Shown one piece after another: positions 39,649-50,423 of a DNA stretch of 64,000 nt. Position 1 is the stretch's first letter. Every line of letters begins with the position of its first letter. The position numbers and the translations under genes were made by a program. Source of the DNA: a virus (Duplodnaviria; Caudoviricetes); IMG/VR virus record IMGVR_UViG_2852501635_000002, positions 1 through 64,000 of that record; one strand, given 5' to 3'. A model generated the notes under the pieces. It worked only from the letters and a program-made list of their open reading frames with translations, had not been told where the DNA came from and searched no databases.

Positions 39649-40194
39649 ATGGGGAAGATTAAGGTTATTTCTGGAATTTTAGGCGGCGTTGCGATTATTG
39701 CAGCGGTTGCAGCTTTGTCAGTAAATCTTGTTCCTGATGATAAGGCTAATGATAAACATCTAGCTGATTACTGCGCTGAAATGACAAGGTCGCTAATGAA
39801 GTCACCATCATCATATAAATTAGATGAATACTATATACGAGAATTACCACTAACTAGAAATGAGCTTGCAGAGATAGTGCAAATGGCTCCATTTAATAAT
39901 ATTGATGATGCAATAGACAATGATAAGCGCGAGAGATCAAAAATTGAGATAATAGAAACATATATGGCTAAAAATGCCATGGGCGTTGAATTGGTTGGTA
40001 ATGCAATATGTACTCTAAACAAAACAAACTATGGAAGCGCTGGAAGTAGCTATTCAATAATGAGCTTATCAATAAATGATGAAAATATTGGTGATATAAA
40101 TTTAATAACAGCTGAATTAGCGGCTGATAAAAAAACTGGAAGATTGAACAGTAAGTCTGATTACATGAAAAAATTAAATTATATTTTCAATTGA
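39649..40194 (+). CDS. Membrane-anchored protein (moron)
   Basis: N-terminal TM; MKSPSSY...AKNAMG. Confidence 0.75.
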   Translation: MGKIKVISGILGGVAIIAAVAALSVNLVPDDKANDKHLADYCAEMTRSLMKSPSSYKLDEYYIRELPLTRNELAEIVQMAPFNNIDDAIDNDKRERSKIEIIETYMAKNAMGVELVGNAICTLNKTNYGSAGSSYSIMSLSINDENIGDINLITAELAADKKTGRLNSKSDYMKKLNYIFN

Positions 40195-40262
40195 TAATAT
40201 ACATTAATTACACATTACAACCCTGCCATTCGGCGGGGTTTTTCATTTTAAGGAGCCGATAA

Positions 40263-43200
40263 ATGGCACAAGTAGGCGAAATTGTTTATCAAGTTCAAAT
40301 GGATGTTCGGCAATTGCTTGCATCGCAACAGCAGTTAGAGCAACGCCTTAATCGTATGGATAGTAGCTTTAACCGAACGTCTCAGTCAGTAAATAACACA
40401 GAGCGTTCAATGCAGTCTCTATCCAAAGTTGCGGCTGCTCTAACTGGTTATTTATCGGTTTCAATGGTTGCTAGTTATTCAGAGGCATGGACTGAATTAA
40501 ACAACAAGCTATCTAACTCAGTTCGCGCAAGTGAGTCACTTATTGATGTCACTCAACGAGTATTTGATATCTCTCAAGCAACGCGATCTAGCCTCGATGC
40601 CACAGCAACACTCTATGCGCGACTTGAACGAGGAACGAGAGAATACAACACATCAGCGGAAGACTTAGCAAAATTAACATCCATCATCAACCAAGGTTTT
40701 ATCGTTTCTGGTGCTACTGCACAGGAAGCAGAAAACGCAATTATTCAGTTATCACAGGGTATCGCTTCTGGTGTTCTCCGTGGTGAAGAATTTAATTCAG
40801 TAGCAGAACAGGGTAGTCGCTTAATGGTTGCATTGGCTGATTCACTAGGAGTAAGTATAGGTCAGCTTCGTAAAATGGCAGCAGAAGGCAAGTTGACCAC
40901 TGATGTTGTTGTAAAAGGGTTATTGTCTCAGGGGGATGCTATTGGTAAAGAGTTCGCTAAAACCACTCGAACAATGTCGCAGGCATTTCAAGAAGCAGGG
41001 AATAACTTAACTAAGTTCCTTGGTGAGAATACAACAATAAAGGCATCTATTAACGTATTCAGCGATGCTGTAATTACTGCAAGTAAGAGTCTCGATGAAA
41101 TGGTTTTAGCGGTTAGTCTAGTTGCCTCCGTTGTTGGCGGTAGATACATTGCCGCAATGGGGTTGGCTATCAAAGCTAAAATGCAATCAGCAGTTGCAGC
41201 AAGGCAAGAAGCGATAGCAAACCTTCAAGCTGCTAGAGTAGCTGAACACAATGCAATAATGACGGCAAGAAAGACCGCTTTAGATTTAGCAGCAGCCAGA
41301 GCGTTAGTTGAGAAAGCGAAAACTGAATTTGCGGCCGCAAGAGGAACAAACGCAGAAGCAACCGCGCTGGCAAATTTAATTGCCGTTAGATCTGCCGCAA
41401 CAACCGCGGCGATAAATCATAAGCAAGCAACGCAAGCGCAGACAGCAGCAATGGCTAACTCAGCCGCAGCAGCAAGAGCCGCTTCTGTATCTATCGGTTT
41501 AGCTAATAAAGCTCTAGGTTTTGTTGGTGGCCCAGCAGGTATAGCAATGGCCGCGGGTGCTGCGATCATGTATTTCTACCAGCAGGCAAAAGAAGCAAGA
41601 GAAGAAGCAGTAAAACTTGCAGAGGGAGTAAATCAATTAACTGCTGAAATGAAAAACATGACAAGGGAACAAAAGAGGGCTGAATCTGCCAAGTTAAAAG
41701 AAGCGCTCCCTGAGTTAAAAAATGAAGTTCTAAACACCACTGTCGCTATGAAGCAAGCTGCGGAAAAAGTAAGAGAATTAGAGGCTGATTTGGCTTTAGC
41801 TAAAGTTGGAACAAGTAAATATGAATCCATAACAAAACAGCTAGCCGATGCTCAAGATAAGTTAGCAATTGCAACTGACAACGCAACAAAGGCGTCAAAT
41901 AACTACAGTCGCACAAAAAATACCATATCTTTTATTCAAGCTGATCTTAATGGTGAGTTAAAAGAGGGAATTGATTTACTAAAAAGGGAAATATCTGTTC
42001 TACCAAGTGGCGCAAAGGGATGGGATTCTTATGGTTTTTCTATTGATAGGGCGCTGCAAAAAAAGAAAGAGTTTAATGGTGAAAAAATATCTTTCGAATG
42101 GTCTAAGGAGGGGATGGATTTAAGAAAATCACTAGAGCGTGAAATGAAGCTAGCTAACGCCAAAAGTGAAGTTGATAAGAGATTATTGCAAGTTGATTTT
42201 TACATTGAAGATAAAGGGATAACAGACGAAAGGGAAATATATCAACTAAAGCAAATAGCAATAGCAACTCAAAAAGCTCAAGATGCAGCCGCTGAGCGTA
42301 ACAAAACAACCAAGGAATCAACCAAAGCCACAGATGCTGCTTATGAAGCACTAAAGCGCCAGAGAGAAGAAATTGAGCTTTTAAACAAAGGTTACAAAGA
42401 CGGATCTCTTGAAATGGCTAAGTATGATGCAGTTAAGGCGTTGGGTGATACGGCATCCCCTAAGCAGATTGAAAAAGCGGAGCAGCTCGCAGAAGAAAAA
42501 TACAACATTGAACGTAATCTAGCAGATAAGAAAGCCGCGCTTGAGCTTGATTTGGTTGCTAAAGCTAAGGAATCTCACGATAAGCAGTTGGCAGACTTAG
42601 AGCGGATAACAAAAGATGATGTATCTCTAACTGAACAGGCAGCAAGGCGTAAAGCTGAAATTGAGGCGGAATATCAGCAAAAGATAGCTGAAATAAAGGC
42701 TAATAACGCTGTATCACCGCAAGATGACATCAAAGGGAAAGTAGATCCTGTTCAGCAACTCAAAAACGAACACGAGCGTAAACTTGCACTTATTCGTGAG
42801 TTTGAAACAGAAAAAGGCGCTATTACTCAGCGTGGCTTAGAGTTAATGAATGCTGCTAATACTCAATATGAGCAAGCTAGAACTGATGCTATGTATGAGC
42901 TTTGGAGAAATCAATCATTAGGAAACGAAGCTGCCGCGGCTGCACTAGATGCATTCTCTGGTAGCGCATCAAATGCACTTACAGGAATAATCACTGGATC
43001 AATGGAGGCTTCTGACGCATTAAGATCAATTGGTAATACAGTTTTGAATAGCCTAATTAACACCTTTGTTCAGGCTGGAATTGAGCAAGCTAAAGCTGCT
43101 TGGTTTGGCGCAGCAGCACAGCAAAGCGCCATTGCAGCAACAACGGCGGTGCAAACGGCTGCTATCGGAACGCAAACGGCAGTGAGCACGGCAGCAGCTG

Positions 43201-43655
43201 CCACAACAACAGCCGCTTGGACACCTGCGGCAATTATGGCATCAATCGCGTCAATGGGGACAGCGGCGAAAATAGGTTTAGCCGCAATCGCTGTACTTGG
43301 CGTTGGTGCAATTGCTGGTGCTCGTAAAAATGGCGGCCCTGTTGACGCTGGTTCAATGTATCGAGTTGGTGAGGGCGGTAAACCTGAGATATTTAAGGCT
43401 AACAACGGCCGACAATACATGATACCCGGTGACAATGGAAAGGTTATTTCTAATAAAGATATGCAGGGTGGTGGTATGAATGTGAATGTTGTCTTTAATG
43501 ACTATTCATCTGGTGGCCACAAGTTTGATGCACAGGCATCACAAGATGGAAATACGCTAACTATTCAGGCGTTCATTATGGATATGGATAACAAAGGCCC
43601 TATGCTTCAATCCATCACAAGAAACACATCGGCAACAGCGAGAGCAAGAGGTTGA
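40263..43655 (+). CDS. Tape measure protein
   Basis: 1130 aa; QLSQGIASGVLRGEEFNSV; GGPV...YRVGEGGKPE. Confidence 0.95.
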   Translation: MAQVGEIVYQVQMDVRQLLASQQQLEQRLNRMDSSFNRTSQSVNNTERSMQSLSKVAAALTGYLSVSMVASYSEAWTELNNKLSNSVRASESLIDVTQRVFDISQATRSSLDATATLYARLERGTREYNTSAEDLAKLTSIINQGFIVSGATAQEAENAIIQLSQGIASGVLRGEEFNSVAEQGSRLMVALADSLGVSIGQLRKMAAEGKLTTDVVVKGLLSQGDAIGKEFAKTTRTMSQAFQEAGNNLTKFLGENTTIKASINVFSDAVITASKSLDEMVLAVSLVASVVGGRYIAAMGLAIKAKMQSAVAARQEAIANLQAARVAEHNAIMTARKTALDLAAARALVEKAKTEFAAARGTNAEATALANLIAVRSAATTAAINHKQATQAQTAAMANSAAAARAASVSIGLANKALGFVGGPAGIAMAAGAAIMYFYQQAKEAREEAVKLAEGVNQLTAEMKNMTREQKRAESAKLKEALPELKNEVLNTTVAMKQAAEKVRELEADLALAKVGTSKYESITKQLADAQDKLAIATDNATKASNNYSRTKNTISFIQADLNGELKEGIDLLKREISVLPSGAKGWDSYGFSIDRALQKKKEFNGEKISFEWSKEGMDLRKSLEREMKLANAKSEVDKRLLQVDFYIEDKGITDEREIYQLKQIAIATQKAQDAAAERNKTTKESTKATDAAYEALKRQREEIELLNKGYKDGSLEMAKYDAVKALGDTASPKQIEKAEQLAEEKYNIERNLADKKAALELDLVAKAKESHDKQLADLERITKDDVSLTEQAARRKAEIEAEYQQKIAEIKANNAVSPQDDIKGKVDPVQQLKNEHERKLALIREFETEKGAITQRGLELMNAANTQYEQARTDAMYELWRNQSLGNEAAAAALDAFSGSASNALTGIITGSMEASDALRSIGNTVLNSLINTFVQAGIEQAKAAWFGAAAQQSAIAATTAVQTAAIGTQTAVSTAAAATTTAAWTPAAIMASIASMGTAAKIGLAAIAVLGVGAIAGARKNGGPVDAGSMYRVGEGGKPEIFKANNGRQYMIPGDNGKVISNKDMQGGGMNVNVVFNDYSSGGHKFDAQASQDGNTLTIQAFIMDMDNKGPMLQSITRNTSATARARG

Positions 43656-43658
43656 TAT

Positions 43659-44135
43659 ATGGTTATTGATTACCCTGATTGGCTTCCTCTGGCACAGAAA
43701 GCCGATAAAAGCATGACGCTAGATACTGGCTTCTTGACAGATCAACCACAGGTAGGCGCACCGATATTTCAGAAGCTAACTGATGACTTAAAAACTGTAT
43801 GGAGTGTGAATTGGATATTTACACTTCAACAGGAGCGTGCGTTTGCCCAATGGTTGCGAAGTCCTAACTATCTTGATAATTGCAATCGCTGGTTCAAGAT
43901 GAAAATTAATCTTGGTGGTAGTGGACTGCAGGAGCAGGAATTACATTTTGTTTCCTATCCAGTGCAAACCAGTATTAATGGATCTTCTGTAACATGGACT
44001 GGTCAAGTCATTAGTAAGAAACTTTATAATTCAGATGATGAATTCGACGATATTATCGTTGAGTTTCCGCCATCATTTGGAAGTTGGCTTGATATTATCG
44101 TTACTGAGACTCTACCTAAGTATAAGGAGTTGTAA
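43659..44135 (+). CDS. Distal tail protein
   Basis: Position after TMP. Confidence 0.7.
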   Translation: MVIDYPDWLPLAQKADKSMTLDTGFLTDQPQVGAPIFQKLTDDLKTVWSVNWIFTLQQERAFAQWLRSPNYLDNCNRWFKMKINLGGSGLQEQELHFVSYPVQTSINGSSVTWTGQVISKKLYNSDDEFDDIIVEFPPSFGSWLDIIVTETLPKYKEL

Positions 44136-44605
44136 TGCCTACACTAAGAGAGTATCGGGCACAAAGGCCAAACAGAATACTTTATGAGACACTGCAATTT
44201 AGTCATCCGTCATTTGGTGATATCTATCTTGTTTCTTATCAAATATTCCCAAAGGTTCTAGGTGGGGTTGAATATCAGCCGTGTAATTTCGAACTATCTG
44301 ACAGCCAGCAAAGCAGAACTCCCATCATCGACGCTAGTGTTAAATTCAGCCGTGTCGCACAAGACTTTAAACAGAAACTTAAACTATGGAAATCGTTCAA
44401 TAGAATGACACCCATAGAGGCCACTTATCGCTTATTTGATGAGAAAGACAAAGGTACGGCCATTACTCGATGGAAATTATTTGTGAAAGATGTGTCGATG
44501 GATCATGAAAGTGTCACTGTCACGCTATCTATGAGTAACCCATTGAATAAAAATATCGGACGCATTTATGAGCCACAAGAATGGCCTGGCTTGGAGGCTG
44601 TATGA
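44135..44605 (+). CDS. Minor tail protein (DUF1833-like)
   Basis: TLQFSHP; WPGL C-terminus. Confidence 0.7.
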   Translation: MPTLREYRAQRPNRILYETLQFSHPSFGDIYLVSYQIFPKVLGGVEYQPCNFELSDSQQSRTPIIDASVKFSRVAQDFKQKLKLWKSFNRMTPIEATYRLFDEKDKGTAITRWKLFVKDVSMDHESVTVTLSMSNPLNKNIGRIYEPQEWPGLEAV

Positions 44606-44994
44606 CAACTCAGGATTTCATCGATAAAACTATCGGTAAACCATGGAAAAACAGGTCTTGTACATTTGATGCTATGGATTGTTGGGGTCTCGTCGTTCTC
44701 TATTATCGTCACGCTCTAGGCATTGAGATCCACCATGACGCAGGCTATGAGTCGGAAACTGATTTTGTGACTTGCTATAAAAATGAAGTTGAGTTTTGGG
44801 AGAAAGTAAATCAACCAGAAAATAACGGAATATTTATAGGTTATATAGGCTCAAAACCCGCTCACATTGGCTTGATTATCGATGGTAACGCATTACATAG
44901 TCGAGGTGAAAACGGCTCTGTGAGAATGGATAGGTTGATTGTGCTCGAGAGAAAATTCACTAAGTTGGAGTTTATGAAATATGCCAATAATTGA
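44602..44994 (+). CDS. NlpC/P60 tail-tip protein
   Basis: DCWGLV; HIG; LHS. Confidence 0.85.
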   Translation: MTTQDFIDKTIGKPWKNRSCTFDAMDCWGLVVLYYRHALGIEIHHDAGYESETDFVTCYKNEVEFWEKVNQPENNGIFIGYIGSKPAHIGLIIDGNALHSRGENGSVRMDRLIVLERKFTKLEFMKYANN

Positions 44995-47449
44995 AATTCA
45001 GCGTGTCGCTGGAATACCGAAAGAGAGAGTCGAGATAAAAGCCGGCTCTCTTTTTTTTGATTGGTTAAAAGAGCAAAATTTTCATCATGACGTTGATATC
45101 TATGTTAACGGCGTAAAGCTTAACGACGATGATCACCTTGACTTTATTATTAGTGAATTTCATCACATTCAAATATTTGACCAACCGAAAGGGATTATTG
45201 GCGATATTCTTAATCCAGTATTTAAGTTTGTTTCCAAGATATTTTCATTCTTAGCTCCCAAGGCACCATCATTTAGCGCCGCTGATGTGAATGCAAAGGA
45301 AAGCCCTAATAATCGATTAACAGGTCAAACTAATATAGCGAGAACATATCAAGCCAGACCTGAAATTCACGGACAAGTGAGAGCCTTCCCAGATCTCATT
45401 CAGCAATCAATGTTTGAATACATAGACAATAAAAAGATGGTTACTGAATGGATGAACTTTGGCATCGGTTACTACACGATTGAGAATGTGAAATATTCAG
45501 AGTCTGAGCTGATCGCCCTTGATGGTGCCAGTTATCAGATATTCCAACCAGGTGAAGTGATCCCACAGATATTCGAGGGGTTTGAGTTCCCTGATGTTGA
45601 CGGACAAGAAATACCGGGCCCGAATGAAAGTGACGAAATTCCACAATATAAGGCTACTGCTAACAATGTTATTTCTGGTGAAATTAAAGGTGGTGAGGCG
45701 GCCATAAAGATAGAGAAACAAGATGAGTTTCGATATTTTATGGATATCGTAAAGCCTAGATCAGTAAGCCTTGTTGTTAATGTGACTTATGATACTCCGC
45801 AGGGTTCGGTTACAAAGGATATTAAGGTTGATGCTTATCTATCTGATGCGAAAGAAAGTGATGATGGCGCTATTATTTCACCAAAATATTACTATGAATT
45901 CTTTTTCACTAATTTAACTGGTGGTGATTTGGCAACTCTACCGCCTAATGCAATAGTCAACACATCAAAGTTTATTCTCTATGACAACCAATTCCTGACA
46001 GTAGGGCCTTTCTTCTCTCCACTTGATGGTGGTGAGTTATGGGTGCATTTAAATGCCCAACTTGGTGATGGCGATTATGCTAATGCAAGAATTGAATTCT
46101 GGAAAGTTGATGAGAATAACAATGAAGTAGCTGGAACAAGAGAGTCATTCAATAGAGGGTTTCCATCTGCACCAAAAACAAAAACATACTATCTGACGGA
46201 AAAATTCAAGCCGTTAGCTGGATATGGAAGATATGCGCTTCAACTAACTAGATTAGAAAACAGTAATGAACACAGCATTCTTAAGCTAGAGGAAGTCTTT
46301 ATTGTTAGAGAGAGAATTAACGAAGTACATGAAGAAGATACACTTGTTAAGGTAGCAGTGAGGGCAACAGAGGCACCAACGGGAACAAGAGAGCGTAAAT
46401 ACAACGCACTGGCTACACGTCATGTTATTAGTTACGACATGAATAGCCGTAGCGTTGATTATACATTAAGACCATCACGATCATTTGCTGATGCGGTCGC
46501 TCACACTTGGCTAGTTACCGCAGGGCAGCCAGAAAGCACCATAGATTTATATGGTTTGTATTCAATCTATGAATCACTTCCAGATAAGCGCTTAGGATAT
46601 TTTGATTACACGTTTGATGATGAAGATGTATCACTGGGTCAGCGTATAGAAACAATATGCAACGTTGCTCGTGTTATTTCATTTTGGGATAACGGCGTGC
46701 TTACATTTACTCGTGAGGAGGAAAAGAAATATCCATCTGGTACATTTAACAGGGCTAACACGACAGGAAATGGATTCTCGCTGTCTTATGATATGACAAT
46801 GCCGAGTGGTAATGATGGTGTTGAAATTGAATATGTAAACCCTAAAACCAACAAAAAGACCTACCTTAAATATCGTATTGAAGATAACAAAATAGTTAAC
46901 AAGCCAGCTAAGAACCCTAACAAAATAACCATTCACGGTTGTCGTAATGAGTATCAGGCGACAGATAGGGCGCTATTAGAAATGGATAGGTTAATACATC
47001 AGCGCATGAGTATCAGTGTGCAAACTCTCGCAGATGGTGATTATGTTTATCCTGGTGACTTAATTATTGTTGCTGACACATACGATAAGAATCAACAGGC
47101 AGGTTATATAGTTGAGAGGATCGGAAATCAATTTTCAACAAATGAAAAAGTTTTCTTTGATGGTGAGATGTTTGTTTGTATTACTGATCATTTAGGTAAT
47201 ACGACGGAAAGGTTTAAGGCTACACCAAGAATCGATACCGCTTACGGATTTATCGCTGATATACCTGACATCCAGATAAACATCTATGACGGTATGAATA
47301 TTCAATCCCCGTCACGTTACGTTATATCCAATATCGTTGAAATGGACTCAATGAGATGGATTGTAAGCGACAAAAAGCCTAATTCGGACGGAACTTATAG
47401 CATTACAGCAAGTGAGTATTTTTCTGCAAAGAAAGATTACAACGTTTAA
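44981..47449 (+). CDS. Central tail fibre/tip protein (TipJ-like)
   Basis: 822 aa; N.AR...ARPEIHGQVRAFPDL; position. Confidence 0.85.
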   Translation: MPIIEIQRVAGIPKERVEIKAGSLFFDWLKEQNFHHDVDIYVNGVKLNDDDHLDFIISEFHHIQIFDQPKGIIGDILNPVFKFVSKIFSFLAPKAPSFSAADVNAKESPNNRLTGQTNIARTYQARPEIHGQVRAFPDLIQQSMFEYIDNKKMVTEWMNFGIGYYTIENVKYSESELIALDGASYQIFQPGEVIPQIFEGFEFPDVDGQEIPGPNESDEIPQYKATANNVISGEIKGGEAAIKIEKQDEFRYFMDIVKPRSVSLVVNVTYDTPQGSVTKDIKVDAYLSDAKESDDGAIISPKYYYEFFFTNLTGGDLATLPPNAIVNTSKFILYDNQFLTVGPFFSPLDGGELWVHLNAQLGDGDYANARIEFWKVDENNNEVAGTRESFNRGFPSAPKTKTYYLTEKFKPLAGYGRYALQLTRLENSNEHSILKLEEVFIVRERINEVHEEDTLVKVAVRATEAPTGTRERKYNALATRHVISYDMNSRSVDYTLRPSRSFADAVAHTWLVTAGQPESTIDLYGLYSIYESLPDKRLGYFDYTFDDEDVSLGQRIETICNVARVISFWDNGVLTFTREEEKKYPSGTFNRANTTGNGFSLSYDMTMPSGNDGVEIEYVNPKTNKKTYLKYRIEDNKIVNKPAKNPNKITIHGCRNEYQATDRALLEMDRLIHQRMSISVQTLADGDYVYPGDLIIVADTYDKNQQAGYIVERIGNQFSTNEKVFFDGEMFVCITDHLGNTTERFKATPRIDTAYGFIADIPDIQINIYDGMNIQSPSRYVISNIVEMDSMRWIVSDKKPNSDGTYSITASEYFSAKKDYNV

Positions 47450-47507
47450 TTAAATTCATTTCAACCATAGCCAGCCTAAGTGCTGGCTTTTTTTATTGGG
47501 AAATATT

Positions 47508-49796
47508 ATGTCTACAATTCCAACACAAAATCCAGTTCCAAGTGAAGCACCGCGCGACCTGAAATTTAACTCAGGTAAAATTGACGAGTTTGTTACGTCA
47601 AATAATCACTTTTACACTGACCGTTTTGGTGAAAAGCACTATACAATAGATGGTATTAACTATTTATCAAAACAGGCAATACTTAATTATGGCTATATCA
47701 CGAAGAGGTCTTTTGAGTCGGGTAATACCATCATCAATCCTAACGATGTTCTTCTCTGGGAAAGTAATGGCGAGTACTACAGATGGGATGGTGAACTCCC
47801 CAAAGTAGTTAGCGCTACCTCAACCCCTGATTCAGCTGGAGGTGTTGGTAAAGGAAAATGGGTGGGAGTAGGGGATGCTACTCTAAGATCTTCACTGAAA
47901 GATAGTGAAGGTGCTTCCTTAGTTGGAGTTAAAGATGGTGGAACCATTCAGGGTAAACTGGACGAAATAGTAGATGAATTAAATAACCCGTCTTTTATAA
48001 AGCACACCTTTATGGAAGGAATAAAAAATATATCTGCAAGAATGGCCTCTGGAGAGGTAATCAAGATTGCATGCTTCGGTGATTCAACCACAGATGGAGA
48101 CACCACAACGGAATTTATTAAAAACCCAACGGATGCGTCTGGCAACGCTATTGGTAACACAGATCACAATATGACCGCACCTAATGCATGGCCTAATATT
48201 CTTCAGGGGATACTTAGGGAAGCGTATGGGAATAATAATATTCATGTTTTTAATGCTGGCTATTCAGGCAAAAAAATTCACGATGGGTGGGCTGTTCGTA
48301 ACTATGATAAGGCCATTACAAATAACCCTTATTATGGGAAGCCAGATATTACAATAATTGATTTTGGTTTAAATGACATTAAAGATGGGGTTGGTATACT
48401 TAATGATTACTTGGATCAAACTCAAATATTAATAGATAAAATAAAAGAGCAGGGAACTATACCAATTCTATTGACATCTGGCCCTTGCATTTGGAGTAAT
48501 GATGATGGTAGTCAGATTGACAACAAACAAATATCACAACAAATTAATGAAGCGAAAAAATCAATAGCGAAGAAAAATCTTATTGAGATAATCAATAAAG
48601 CTGATGCATTAAAAGAGGTTATTGAAAATAACTCAGATAACATTAAATGGATTGAAATAATGAAAGATGGACTTCATTTTTCAGACACTGGACACCGAAT
48701 TCAAGCGGGATTTTTATTTTCTATATTTTATGGTGATATTGTAAAATATAATAGAGGCAGGTTAGACATATCATCATTTGACTCAAGGTCTAATTCTCCG
48801 TGTGGAGTAAATTGGAAATATTCATTTATCGGTTCTAAGTTTGGTGGTTATTCAAGAGTTCCTGAAAGCTATCTTGAAAATGGTAATGATTTAATAAAAT
48901 TATTTGTATATTGCACATCTCCTTCAGCAAGCCTGTACTATATTAATGCAGATAATGACGGACAGGGGGTTATAGGGAATAACTCTACAATCAATGTACT
49001 TGCGTTTAATAAAAATAGCATTGAATACAACAAATCACCAAATGGCGTTGGGTTTAATTATGACGCAAACCCTCATAGAAGATTTGCTGATAAACCAGAT
49101 TATGTATGTAAATTAAATTATGGGTTAAACGTAGTTACCTTAAAAAAACCATCTGTAAATACTATTACAGACCCATTTGGTTGTTTTTATGGTTATTTTT
49201 CTATTTCTGATTCATATGATGCAAATAACACAAATAATTTATTGAAAAGCAATGGATGTATATTTTCATCAGAGAAAATTTCTTCAGATAGAATTAAAAT
49301 AGAACAACCAGCAAGAGATATTGGTGCAAATTCGATATCTTTCATTAAGGATAAAACTGTTTCTTTGTATTTAGACTTAACTATAAGCAAAGGGTTTGGG
49401 TTAGGTTTAATGGGTGGTGTTTCAGATCTATCAAATTCAACTGATAACTATTCTGTTGATAAATGTTTAATGTTGTATCAAATAGATGAATCTAGAAAAG
49501 GGCTTTATGTTTACAGGGTCAGCAATAAAGGAGTGGTAGCGTTCGATAAATTGGTGGAGTTTTCAGCCAGTGAAGATAAATTACTAATTGATTTTTCTTT
49601 GAAAGAAAACAATATATACATAAGCGTTTCAACATGGGATAAAAAAACAAATCACACCACTTTTACAATAAGTAGCGGTGATGTGTTAACAATACCAACT
49701 TCTGGATATTTTGGAGGACTGTATCTAAACGGAAGCGCTCAGGGTGATAGTGGGAGTATATTAATAAATAAAGCGTTTACTGTAGTTAGTAACTAA
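47508..49796 (+). CDS. Tailspike with SGNH/GDSL esterase domain
   Basis: Virion-anchor N-terminus (YYRWDGELPK); FGDS, NAGYSG, FGLND and DGLH blocks. Confidence 0.85.
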   Translation: MSTIPTQNPVPSEAPRDLKFNSGKIDEFVTSNNHFYTDRFGEKHYTIDGINYLSKQAILNYGYITKRSFESGNTIINPNDVLLWESNGEYYRWDGELPKVVSATSTPDSAGGVGKGKWVGVGDATLRSSLKDSEGASLVGVKDGGTIQGKLDEIVDELNNPSFIKHTFMEGIKNISARMASGEVIKIACFGDSTTDGDTTTEFIKNPTDASGNAIGNTDHNMTAPNAWPNILQGILREAYGNNNIHVFNAGYSGKKIHDGWAVRNYDKAITNNPYYGKPDITIIDFGLNDIKDGVGILNDYLDQTQILIDKIKEQGTIPILLTSGPCIWSNDDGSQIDNKQISQQINEAKKSIAKKNLIEIINKADALKEVIENNSDNIKWIEIMKDGLHFSDTGHRIQAGFLFSIFYGDIVKYNRGRLDISSFDSRSNSPCGVNWKYSFIGSKFGGYSRVPESYLENGNDLIKLFVYCTSPSASLYYINADNDGQGVIGNNSTINVLAFNKNSIEYNKSPNGVGFNYDANPHRRFADKPDYVCKLNYGLNVVTLKKPSVNTITDPFGCFYGYFSISDSYDANNTNNLLKSNGCIFSSEKISSDRIKIEQPARDIGANSISFIKDKTVSLYLDLTISKGFGLGLMGGVSDLSNSTDNYSVDKCLMLYQIDESRKGLYVYRVSNKGVVAFDKLVEFSASEDKLLIDFSLKENNIYISVSTWDKKTNHTTFTISSGDVLTIPTSGYFGGLYLNGSAQGDSGSILINKAFTVVSN

Positions 49797-49860
49797 ATGC
49801 AACAGACACATATACTCGCTAGGATTCATCAAAAAATAATGAAATGTGGGTGATAGCTAA

Positions 49861-50091
49861 TCACTCACTCTTCAAATACTGCACTGATTTTCCATCCGGC
49901 AACTTCTTACTTCTCTCACGATAAAACGTTAATCGTTCATTAAAGTACGCTCGTAAATGTGCTGGTTGTTGTCTTTCAACTTCTGAGGCAACAACTGGCA
50001 TATTGAGGCGTTCTTTATATGCGACACCACTTGCGGCCAAATCGACATTAATCTTGTCTTTTTCTTCTTGAGTTAGGTTTGCGAGGTTCAT
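49861..50091 (-). CDS. holE: DNA polymerase III theta-subunit homologue (HolE/Hot)
   Basis: 76 aa; [22 protein letters not shown]. Confidence 0.92.
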   Translation of the reverse strand: MNLANLTQEEKDKINVDLAASGVAYKERLNMPVVASEVERQQPAHLRAYFNERLTFYRERSKKLPDGKSVQYLKSE

Positions 50092-50139
50092 AACAGATCC
50101 AGTTAGTTTTTGGAGAGTATAGCAGGGTGGGAGAATTGA

Positions 50140-50213
50140 TGGGACGAATTTGGGACAAGCAACATGAAGTAGCATAAGGCAACTTCAAGTAACTTTAGGT
50201 AAGGTGGGACGTG
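50140..50213 (+). repeat. Putative prophage integrase arm-type sites (TGGGAC x3)
   Basis: TGGGACGAATTTGGGACA matches 29-46; third copy at 50205. Confidence 0.7.
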
Positions 50214-50265
50214 TGAACGCTTGGTGAGACTGTATTTAGTTGATATTAAAGCATAATTCTACGCT

Positions 50266-50310
50266 CTTCTAAGCCGTAGGTCACAGGTTCGAATCCTGTA
50301 GGGCGTACCA
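50266..50310 (+). repeat. att core: 3' half of tRNA-Arg(UCU); prophage attR and probable satellite left boundary
   Basis: CTTCTAA anticodon loop, GGTTCGAATCC T-arm, CCA end; no D-arm or 5' acceptor strand. Confidence 0.88.
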
Positions 50311-50423
50311 TTCTCAAGTATTTTAACGTCTACAACAGTCCATAAAATCCTTATAAAATCAGCTATTACAAGAATTCCTAGTGTTTCAAGGTCTAGTTAC
50401 GTCTATTGAAATCTACATATATG

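Larger units (their letters stand above)
1..50310. mobile_element. Lambdoid siphovirus prophage integrated at tRNA-Arg(UCU); attL and the intact tRNA are expected just left of the window
   Basis: Canonical order int-xis-recombination-cI/cro/cII-O/P-nin-Q-lysis-terminase-head-tail; tRNA 3' fragment at the right end; matching arm-type repeats at both ends. Confidence 0.95.

Noticed and set aside
44981-49796. DGR or invertible tail-fibre system
   Set aside because: No reverse transcriptase, invertase, template/variable repeat pair or flanking inverted repeats seen.
50236-50310. Intact tRNA-Arg gene
   Set aside because: Only anticodon loop to CCA is present; no D-arm or 5' acceptor strand.
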